Shown in pieces: positions 56,703 to 64,000 of a stretch of 64,000 bases of DNA. Location of the stretch: the NCBI GenBank assembly GCA_040255465.1, contig JBDZVA010000001.1, positions 130,021 to 194,020 on the forward strand, in the 5' to 3' direction. The stretch is from Planctomycetaceae bacterium. Lineage in GTDB: Bacteria > Planctomycetota > Phycisphaerae > Phycisphaerales > UBA5793. The stretch's first letter is position 1, and each line of letters opens with the position of its first letter. Both the position numbers and the translations under genes were made by a program. The notes below the pieces were generated by a model. It did no database searches. It was not told where the DNA came from and worked only from the letters and a program-made list of their open reading frames with translations.

Positions 56703-57106
56703 TTACTAAAGACGCATCGCGGCACCACGCGCACCGCCGACGCGTCGATCATCCACAGCCACAGTGCAAGCGGGTCGAGCAAAACATCTCGCTCCGAGCG
56801 CGCAAAGACCGCGCACACGCGCCGAGAAAACTCAGAACAGCCGCTTCCGGCTCAATCTTGGAGCCGATGTCACTACATTGATGTTCGACCTGGAACCCCA
56901 GTCCCACCAACCGGGCACGATGATCATCCGGGGACGCAGATGAGCATCTGAGGCGACAGTATATCGCTCTCCCGCGAGCTGTTGATCGTTGTGCAATCGC
57001 AATTGGAGCAAATGAGGTCATTCCATGACTGGATTCGCGCCGCGATCACCCCGGTAGGGGATGAAATGACAATTGCCGCACCGGCCGCGACTTGGCCGCC
57101 ACTGGG

Positions 57107-57115
57107 TTATCCACA
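57107..57115 (+). promoter_or_regulatory. perfect DnaA box TTATCCACA
   Basis: Lies in the 1.15-kb gene-poor interval 56703-57849 with four further near-matches in the same orientation. Confidence 0.5.
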
Positions 57116-57849
57116 ATTTGGGCAGTTCGCGGTCTGCAGCGCCATCCACACCAGCGCCAAAGAGTTGTCTCGGCGTGCGCGAGGCTGACGCACCGACGCC
57201 GCAAGCGGCCGAACAAGCGAATCTCTACCGGCCCGCCCACGAGCGAGTCATTCTTGAGCGAGCCCAATCCGACGACTCAAGAAACTCCGGTGACCCGCCG
57301 GCTCGCCGGTGAGCTCGGCCCGTCCGCGAGTTCCCCACAACAGGATCTTCAGCCGCGCGCTCGGCCGTGTGACCGGCCGCTGACTCAGGCCGACCGGACT
57401 CCCGGATCAGCGCCCCAGTCCCGGTGCACCACGCCGTGTGAATGAGTGGGAAACCGTAGAAAAACGAATCATCAGCCAGTTCAGCGAACTCGGCTTGGAG
57501 GCAAAGCCGGCCGATTCCGTCGCGACGCAGCCCACGACCAGACTGATCCTCTGCGGTTCGAGCCGGAAGTCCCGTCCAGCACATCGCCCGGAAGACCCAT
57601 TTGACTCTGCCATTGCTGAGTTTGACTTCCCAGCCGGGGATGCGGTCAGCGAGCCGAGGGTCCGATCATCCGTGGACTTGTCCCCAGGTTGTCCACAGTA
57701 TTTCGGGGCTCCTTCCCTGCAAGGTTGCACCCCGGACCGGGCGAACGCCGATGACCTGCCAATTGCCGACTCGAGTGCAACCCGCGTCGCGCTGCTGCGA
57801 ATCGAGTACAATACCCTTCAATACCCCGATTTGGATTGAGAGAGCGTTG

Positions 57850-59805
57850 ATGAACTCCCCGATTCTGCCGACGATTCAGTCCCCCGCCGATCTGCGAAAA
57901 CTCAGCATCGAGCAGCTCGAAGCCCTCGCCGCCGAGGTTCGCAAGACCATCTACGACCAGGTCTCCAAGACCGGCGGGCACCTCGCGCCCAATCTCGGCG
58001 TCGTCGAGCTCACCATCGCGTTGCACTACGTCTTCGACTTCGGCTCCGACCGGCTGCTCTTTGACGTCGGCCACCAGTGCTATCCCCACAAACTCCTCAC
58101 CGGCCGCCTGCCCCTGCTGAGCAAACTTCGCACGCGCGAGGGCATGGCCGGCTTCCCCGAGCCGCGCGAAAGCGCCTACGACCTCTTCTCAGTTGGACAC
58201 GCCGGCACCGGCATCTCCACCGCCATCGGTATGGCGCGCGGCGACAGCATCAACGGCGAAGCCTTCGACCCCGAAACCAATCCCACCGGCCGCCGCGTCG
58301 TCACCATCATCGGCGATGCCTCCATCGTCAATGGCGTCGCGATGGAAGGCCTCAACAACGCCGGCACGCTCAAGCGCCAGTTCCTCGTCGTCCTCAACGA
58401 CAACGGCATGAGCATCGCCAAGCCCCAGGGCGCCATTGCGGCCTACTTCGACCGCGTTCGCACCAGTCGCACCTATCGCCAGATGAAGCGCGCCGCCAAG
58501 GACGTCGTCTCCTATCTGCCCGGCGGATCGATCATCGGAGAGATGTACCACCGCACCGGCGAGATGATGAAGGCCGCCATCGCCGAGGACGCCTGGTTCG
58601 AGAAATTCGGCCTGCTCACCGTCGGCCCCGTCGACGGCCACGACATGCGCTCGCTCATCGAGATGCTCATCGAAGTGCGCAACTTCGACCGCCCGATGGT
58701 GCTTCACGTCCACACTATTAAAGGTAAGGGCTACGAACACTGCGAGGGCGACGCGACGACCTTCCACTCGCCCAAACCATTCGTCGTGCAGGGCTGCCGC
58801 GTGGAACTCAAGTCCAGCGGCCGCTCCTTCACCAGCGCCTTCGGCGACGCGATGGTCGATCTCATGGAGCGCGATGACCAGGTCGTCTGCGCCACCGCGG
58901 CCATGCCCGACGGCACCGGTGTGGTCAAAGTGCTGCCCAAGTTCCCCACGCGCGCCTGGGACACCGGCATCTGCGAAAGCCACGCCATGGACATGATGGC
59001 GGGTCTGGCCAAGACGGGTCTCAAGCCCTTCTTCGCCGTCTACTCCACTTTCGTCCAGCGCGCCTTCGACCAGATCTTCCAGGAAGTATCGCTGCAGGGA
59101 CTGCCCGTGCGTGTATGCCTCGATCGCGCCGGCCTGGTGGGCGGCGACGGCGCCGTGCACCACGGCTTCTGCGACATCAGCATTCTCCGCGTCTTCCCCA
59201 AGGCGGCACTGCTCGCCGCCATCGACGAGCCCAGCCTCCGCGCCGGCCTCGAGTTCATGCGCAACTACGACGCCGGCCTCAGTGTCATCCGCTACCCGCG
59301 CGACAGCGTCAGCGATCGCTTTGCCAGTAAGGAATGTCCACCATTCGAACTTGGCAAAGCGCGTGCCCTCAAGACCGAGGAGAAACCCGACATCGCGCTG
59401 TTCGCCTACGGCGTCATGGCCATGAACGCGATGGAAGCCGCTGAGCAACTCAACGGCGACTATCGCGTCAACGTCTACGACGCCCGCTTCGCCAAGCCCG
59501 TCGACATCGAACTGCTCACCGACCTCATCCAGCGCGGCGTGCCGATTCTCACCCTCGAAGATCACGCCCTCACCGGCGGCTTTGGCGCCTGCGTGCTCGA
59601 CGCCTGCCACGCCGCCGGCCTGCCGACCAGCGGCATCAAGAGCCTCGGCATCCCCGAGCGCTGGATCTATCAGGACAGCCGCGCCAAGCAACTCGCCGAA
59701 GTCGGCCTCGACGCCCCATCCATCGCCCGCACCGTCCGCGAATGGCTCGACACCGCGCCGGTCGTGCCGCAGGTGGTGAAGGCGGGCGTAAAGACGAGCG
59801 TTTGA
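57850..59805 (+). CDS. dxs: 1-deoxy-D-xylulose-5-phosphate synthase
   Basis: Start MNSPILPTIQSPADLRKL (ATG 57850) inside ORF 57601..59805. GGHLAPNLGVVELTIALHYVF, and the TPP motif GDASIVNGVAMEGLNNAG. Confidence 0.93.
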   Translation: MNSPILPTIQSPADLRKLSIEQLEALAAEVRKTIYDQVSKTGGHLAPNLGVVELTIALHYVFDFGSDRLLFDVGHQCYPHKLLTGRLPLLSKLRTREGMAGFPEPRESAYDLFSVGHAGTGISTAIGMARGDSINGEAFDPETNPTGRRVVTIIGDASIVNGVAMEGLNNAGTLKRQFLVVLNDNGMSIAKPQGAIAAYFDRVRTSRTYRQMKRAAKDVVSYLPGGSIIGEMYHRTGEMMKAAIAEDAWFEKFGLLTVGPVDGHDMRSLIEMLIEVRNFDRPMVLHVHTIKGKGYEHCEGDATTFHSPKPFVVQGCRVELKSSGRSFTSAFGDAMVDLMERDDQVVCATAAMPDGTGVVKVLPKFPTRAWDTGICESHAMDMMAGLAKTGLKPFFAVYSTFVQRAFDQIFQEVSLQGLPVRVCLDRAGLVGGDGAVHHGFCDISILRVFPKAALLAAIDEPSLRAGLEFMRNYDAGLSVIRYPRDSVSDRFASKECPPFELGKARALKTEEKPDIALFAYGVMAMNAMEAAEQLNGDYRVNVYDARFAKPVDIELLTDLIQRGVPILTLEDHALTGGFGACVLDACHAAGLPTSGIKSLGIPERWIYQDSRAKQLAEVGLDAPSIARTVREWLDTAPVVPQVVKAGVKTSV

Positions 59806-59853
59806 GTTTCAAGCCGACACGAGTCGGTGCTCCAGAACAATGTAACCACTACG

Positions 59854-59881
59854 CCGCGGGTGAAAGCCCGCGGTTTTTGTT
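59854..59881 (+). terminator. rho-independent terminator of dxs
   Basis: CCGCGGG-TGAAAG-CCCGCGG followed by TTTTTGTT. Confidence 0.8.
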
Positions 59882-60116
59882 CATCCCAGACTGCGATGAA
59901 TCTCATGCGCGGCACGCAGACGGCCGAGTGAAGCCGCGAAATGGCGTCGCGTTCGTACGTTGCTGCCCGATTGAATCGTCCGGACAAGCATCCGACCCTG
60001 ATTCCTCAAGCCACCTCTCACCGCGTGCACCCTCTTCCCCCGGGGTTCCAGTAGAATGAAACTGACCGCCCTTCCCGGATGCAGGAAAGGAAGGCCGAAC
60101 AAGCAGGGAGGTTCCT

Positions 60117-62249
60117 ATGCGCACAGCGTGTGTGAGAATGCTCGCATTAGTGTTCGTTGCTGGCCTGCTGATGACAGCCACCAACTCAACGAACGCACAG
60201 GACAATTGCGCGCAGTGGTCGATGGTCAATGTGACCGGGCCTTGGGCGGAAACAGGAACCGCGATAGCCTACGACAGCGCTCGCGATGTCACTGTTCTCT
60301 TCGGCGGCTTCAGGTGGGTCGAGAACTCAGGTGAGACCTGGGAGTGGAACGGCTCAGCCTGGTCGCTCGTCTCGCAGACGGGTCCGAGCCCGCGCGGCCA
60401 TCACGCAATGGTGTATGACAGTAATCGCGGCGTTACAGTCTTGTTTGGCGGCTCCGACCAGCAGCAACGGATGGGTGATACGTGGGAATGGAATGGCGTC
60501 GAGTGGAGACTCGCGTCGCAATCGGGTCCGAGTCCGCGCTCCCTGCATGCGATGGCCTTCGACAGCAACCGCGGCGTGACCGTGCTCTTTGGCGGTTGGA
60601 ATGGCTCCCTTACTGACACGTGGGAGTGGGATGGAAACCAATGGACTCAAGTCGCCAACACGGGTCCGAGTTATCGGGAAGGTCATGCGATGGCGTTTGA
60701 CCAGGCGCGCGGCGTGACCGTGCTCTTTGGCGGCAAGAGCGTAGGATTCCAAGGCGATACGTGGGAATGGGATGGGCAGTCTTGGTCACTCGTTTCCGAG
60801 ACGGGTCCGGTTGGTCGTGAGCGCTCGGCCATGGCCTATGACTCTGTTCGCGGAGTGACCGTTCTCATGGGCGGCGCGCACGAAGAGTCTTGGGGATGGA
60901 CCGTAGGCACCGACACGTGGGAATGGGATGGCGAACAATGGAGCATGCGGAGTCTGAGTGGTGGTTTGGGCCCACGCTGGATTCACAGCATGGCGTTCGA
61001 CAGCGCCCGTGGCTTGGCAGTCGTATTCGGTGGAGAAGGGGAGTATTTCAACACCCACAATGACACCTGGGCTTGGGATGGCGAGCGATGGCGCGTTGCC
61101 AGTTTGGGGGGTCGCAGTGAACTCGCGATGGCGTTCGATTCACAGCGAGGCGTGAGCGTCTTGTTTGGAGGCTACACGACCGGTGGCCTTACGATGGGCG
61201 ATACATGGGAATGGAGTGGTTCCGGCTGGCGTCATCGCGCGACGTCCGGCCCGAATCGCCGATCCAGCCACGCGATGGCGTACGATTCGCGCCGAGGAGT
61301 CACCGTACTGTTCGGTGGAGGTGACAATTACGCGCAGAACGACACTTGGGAGTGGGACGGCCAGAGATGGTCGCTTGTTTCCGAGGAGGGTCCCCCGCCC
61401 CTCACTTGGCATTCCATGACCTATGACAGCGCCCGCGGTGTGGTGGTGCTCTTCGGTGGAGAAGTGGGCTATCACACGTACAGCGGCGATACATGGGAGT
61501 GGGATGGCGTTGCGTGGCGATTGGCCGCGACGACTGGACCCGAGCCGCGTGCACGATGTGGACTTGCCTACGACAGCGCACGCGAAGTCACGGTTATGTA
61601 TGGCGGCTATGGCAGCAGTCGGCTGGGCGATACTTGGGAATGGGATGGTGCGAATTGGACACTCGTGTCCCAGGCTGGCCCGGACTATCTCACCGGCTTC
61701 ACAATGGCGTATGACTCCGATCGCAATGTGACGGTGCTTGTGGGTAGCACGCGCGAGGTCGACGAGACGTGGCAATGGGATGGACATGCGTGGGAACTCG
61801 CTTCGGTCGGCGCGCCGACGAGTCGATGGGAAAGCGCGATGGCTTATGACAGCGTTCGTAAGGCAATGGTGATCTTCAGCGGCACAGAATACGGCTACCG
61901 CGGCGACACCTGGGAACTCGCATTCCCCGTTGCGCCGCAACTCCAAGCGGCCACCGGCTGTCCCTACAGCGGCAACTCGACCATCACTTGGTCCTGCACA
62001 TCGCCGAACGGCACGGTAGCCGTCGTCTACGCCGCCAACACGGGAAACATGGTCATCCCGTTCGGCCGCCCATGCGCTGGCACGCAACTCGGCCTCGGCA
62101 GCCGCGCCATCCAACTCGCATTCACGGCCCACTCGGACACGCTCGGCGCCGGCGTGCGCGAAGTGACCGCACCCCGTGCCGCCTGCGGCGGCAGGATCCA
62201 ACTCATCGATCTGCAGACCTGCAGCACAAGCCCCACCGTGACGTACTAG
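60117..62249 (+). CDS. secreted Kelch-repeat beta-propeller protein with the shared C-terminal module
   Basis: SD GGGAGG upstream. Signal peptide. 11 full repeats built on GDTWEWDG..W......GP..R..HAMA[YF]DS.RGVTVLFGG. C-terminal 104 aa are homologous to the S8 tails. Confidence 0.9.
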   Translation: MRTACVRMLALVFVAGLLMTATNSTNAQDNCAQWSMVNVTGPWAETGTAIAYDSARDVTVLFGGFRWVENSGETWEWNGSAWSLVSQTGPSPRGHHAMVYDSNRGVTVLFGGSDQQQRMGDTWEWNGVEWRLASQSGPSPRSLHAMAFDSNRGVTVLFGGWNGSLTDTWEWDGNQWTQVANTGPSYREGHAMAFDQARGVTVLFGGKSVGFQGDTWEWDGQSWSLVSETGPVGRERSAMAYDSVRGVTVLMGGAHEESWGWTVGTDTWEWDGEQWSMRSLSGGLGPRWIHSMAFDSARGLAVVFGGEGEYFNTHNDTWAWDGERWRVASLGGRSELAMAFDSQRGVSVLFGGYTTGGLTMGDTWEWSGSGWRHRATSGPNRRSSHAMAYDSRRGVTVLFGGGDNYAQNDTWEWDGQRWSLVSEEGPPPLTWHSMTYDSARGVVVLFGGEVGYHTYSGDTWEWDGVAWRLAATTGPEPRARCGLAYDSAREVTVMYGGYGSSRLGDTWEWDGANWTLVSQAGPDYLTGFTMAYDSDRNVTVLVGSTREVDETWQWDGHAWELASVGAPTSRWESAMAYDSVRKAMVIFSGTEYGYRGDTWELAFPVAPQLQAATGCPYSGNSTITWSCTSPNGTVAVVYAANTGNMVIPFGRPCAGTQLGLGSRAIQLAFTAHSDTLGAGVREVTAPRAACGGRIQLIDLQTCSTSPTVTY

Positions 62250-62375
62250 GTGGAGCATACATGCAGCGAGCAGCACTTCGCTGCAATGATGACTATCCTC
62301 TGACTTGCCCGCGTTCGTCGCGCCCTTTCGACGCGTCGAGGGCGCGGCGCAGTCAATACTCCGGAGGAGAATCAC

Positions 62376-63422
62376 ATGCCCACCAAAGCCTTCGCCGCCC
62401 AGTCCGAAACCTCGCCACTCGGTCCGTTCAGCATTGAACGACGCGAGCCGACACCAGTTGACGTCGAGATCGACATCCTCTTCTGCGGCGTGTGCCACAC
62501 CGACATCCACTTCGCCCGCAACGAGTGGGGGCTGAGCACCTATCCCATCGTGCCCGGCCACGAAATCCTCGGCCGCGTCACCCGCGTCGGCAGCGCCGTC
62601 ACGAAGTTCAAGCCCGGCGACCTGGCCGCAGTCGGCTGCCTTGTCGATTCCTGCCGCAACTGTTCGAGTTGCAAGCAGGGCCTCGAACAGTTCTGCCTCA
62701 ACGGCTCGACTTTCACCTACAACGGTGAAGACAAGCACTCGGGCGGCATGACCTTCGGCGGCTACTCCGAGAAGATCGTCGTCGACGAAGCGTTCACTCT
62801 CAAGGTGCCCAACAACCTCGACCCCGCCGCCGCCGCGCCGCTGCTCTGCGCCGGCATCACGACCTACTCGCCCCTGCGCAAGTGGGGCGCGGCCAAGGGA
62901 AAGAGGATCGGCATCGTCGGCCTTGGCGGACTGGGTCACATGGGCGTCAAGTTCGCACACGCCTTCGGCGCGCACACCGTCCTCTTCACCACATCCGAAA
63001 GCAAAGTCGCCGACGGCAAGCGCCTCGGCGCCGATGAAGTCGTCATCTCGAAGAATGAAGAAGCCATGGCCGCCCACGCCGGCAGCTTCGACATGATCCT
63101 CGACACCGTCTCGGCCGATCACGATGTCAACGCCTATCTCGCGCTGCTCAAACTCGACGGTTCGCTCGTGATGGTCGGCGCCCCGCCCGCCCCCCAGGGC
63201 GTCCACGTCTTCAGCCTGCTCCTGCCGCGCCGTCACCTGTCCGGCTCGCTCATCGGTGGACTCCCCGAAACCCAGGAAATGCTTGACTTCTGCGGCAAGC
63301 ACAACGTCGTCTGCGAGATCGAACTCATCCGCATGCAGCAGATCAACGAGGCCTACGAACGCATGCTCCGCCGCGACGTAAAATACCGCTTCGTCATCGA
63401 CATGGCTTCGCTGAAGGGTTAA
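62376..63422 (+). CDS. zinc-dependent NAD(P) alcohol dehydrogenase (CAD/YahK-like)
   Basis: CGVCHTDIH, GHEILGRV, structural-zinc CRNCSSCKQGLEQFC, GLGGLGHMG Rossmann. Confidence 0.88.
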   Translation: MPTKAFAAQSETSPLGPFSIERREPTPVDVEIDILFCGVCHTDIHFARNEWGLSTYPIVPGHEILGRVTRVGSAVTKFKPGDLAAVGCLVDSCRNCSSCKQGLEQFCLNGSTFTYNGEDKHSGGMTFGGYSEKIVVDEAFTLKVPNNLDPAAAAPLLCAGITTYSPLRKWGAAKGKRIGIVGLGGLGHMGVKFAHAFGAHTVLFTTSESKVADGKRLGADEVVISKNEEAMAAHAGSFDMILDTVSADHDVNAYLALLKLDGSLVMVGAPPAPQGVHVFSLLLPRRHLSGSLIGGLPETQEMLDFCGKHNVVCEIELIRMQQINEAYERMLRRDVKYRFVIDMASLKG

Positions 63423-63432
63423 CCGCTGCGAC

Positions 63433-64000
63433 TCACGGAATGCGGCGCTCGGCTGGCGTTTCGATGCTCAGCTCATACACCCGTGTCTCCGTCGGCCACA
63501 GTCGAATCCGCTCGTTCTGCTTGCCGAAGTCGAAGATCGGCTGCTCCATGACGTAGGCCGCGCCAGCGCCCTTCTCCCCGCCGCTCCGCCATCCGACGCT
63601 GCGCAGCGGGTAATTCACGGCGATCGACTTCACGCGCGCTCCCGTGTCGTCATAGAAAGACAGGCGATCCTTGCTGCCGCAGATGTAGTGCTGCCCGTCC
63701 CACGCCAGCCCGGTCAGCCAGGTATCCTGCGTTTTGAGCGTGCGCGTGATGACGCCGCTCTGCGGATCGACGGTGTGGATGATGCCGTTCATCCCTTCGA
63801 GCACGCACAGACTGCCGTTGATGAATTCGATGCCCTTGGCGCCGTAGCTCTTGTTGGCCTTGTTTGATTCCGTCACAATCGAGCGAAGCGTCTTGCCCGT
63901 TGCGGGGTCGATAACATAGATCGGCAGCCCCGCCGTCCACCCACTGGTCATCGCGTAAAGATTCGTTCCGTCCGTGCAGATATCCAGCACCGAGCCGTCG
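63433..64000 (-). CDS. beta-propeller-like protein, C-terminal part (5' end beyond window)
   Basis: The frame stays open to the window end, and the listed M at 63990 is a GTG. Repeats resemble glutamine-cyclotransferase/YVTN-type blades only loosely. Confidence 0.5.
   Translation of the reverse strand, partial: DGSVLDICTDGTNLYAMTSGWTAGLPIYVIDPATGKTLRSIVTESNKANKSYGAKGIEFINGSLCVLEGMNGIIHTVDPQSGVITRTLKTQDTWLTGLAWDGQHYICGSKDRLSFYDDTGARVKSIAVNYPLRSVGWRSGGEKGAGAAYVMEQPIFDFGKQNERIRLWPTETRVYELSIETPAERRIP

Noticed and set aside
57541-57565. tRNA-like T-loop strings (GCGGTTCGAGCCGG here; GGCTCGAATCCG near 31345)
   Set aside because: The flanking bases cannot form a 5-bp T-stem, and no acceptor or anticodon arms are present.
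57438-57839. 133-aa ORF directly upstream of dxs, considered as xseB (the xseB-ispA-dxs arrangement)
   Set aside because: There is no convincing similarity to the XseB helical hairpin. It has a GTG start without a clear SD and a mixed composition. It is left as an unverified ORF inside the DnaA-box interval.
58189-59691. 500-aa ORF antisense to dxs
   Set aside because: dxs is unambiguous (TPP motif, conserved N-terminus). The antisense product is Ala/Gly/Asp/Val low-complexity.
60117-62249. Periodic nucleotide repeats as a possible CRISPR or tandem-repeat array
   Set aside because: The periodicity corresponds to Kelch blades inside one continuous well-formed ORF. The units are imperfect, about 150 nt long and have no spacer structure.
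61140-63302. 720-aa ORF on the minus strand
   Set aside because: It spans two well-supported plus-strand genes (Kelch protein and Zn-ADH) plus their intergenic region. Its composition is antisense-like (Arg/Ala/Gly-rich).

Overview
High-GC bacterial chromosomal segment, almost fully coding, with many spurious long antisense ORFs. By inference it is Planctomycetota-like: it has a DUF1559-type prepilin-like protein, a dockerin module, a PEP-CTERM-type tail and many large secreted beta-propeller proteins. It looks origin-proximal, with dnaA (7904-9388, -), parB with two perfect parS palindromes (21980-22034), and perfect DnaA boxes in two non-coding gaps. Recognisable housekeeping genes are mutM, dnaA, a DinG-like helicase, rmuC, parB, lexA, trpA, ffh, dxs, a ClC channel, a Zn-ADH, a MazG-like gene and two orphan histidine kinases. 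No rRNA, tRNA, CRISPR array, transposase or classical defence system was found. Two signals stand out. (1) A roughly 100-aa C-terminal beta-rich module, which I cannot assign to any named family, ends at least six otherwise unrelated secreted proteins: two S8 peptidases, a Kelch propeller, an NHL propeller, a BNR/sialidase-like protein and a 1011-aa secreted protein. The S8/S8/Kelch copies cluster at 52-62 kb next to a PEP-CTERM-type protein, and the two S8 3' ends show a gene-conversion-like tract. (2) A family of five membrane proteins carries a CxxCxY..G..CPECG zinc-ribbon. They sit at three loci; two are adjacent gene pairs (one of them translationally coupled) and one follows a histidine kinase. 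Start codons were often moved inward from the ORF-track coordinates, using signal peptides or conserved N-termini. All functional calls rest on motif recognition by eye, not on database searches.
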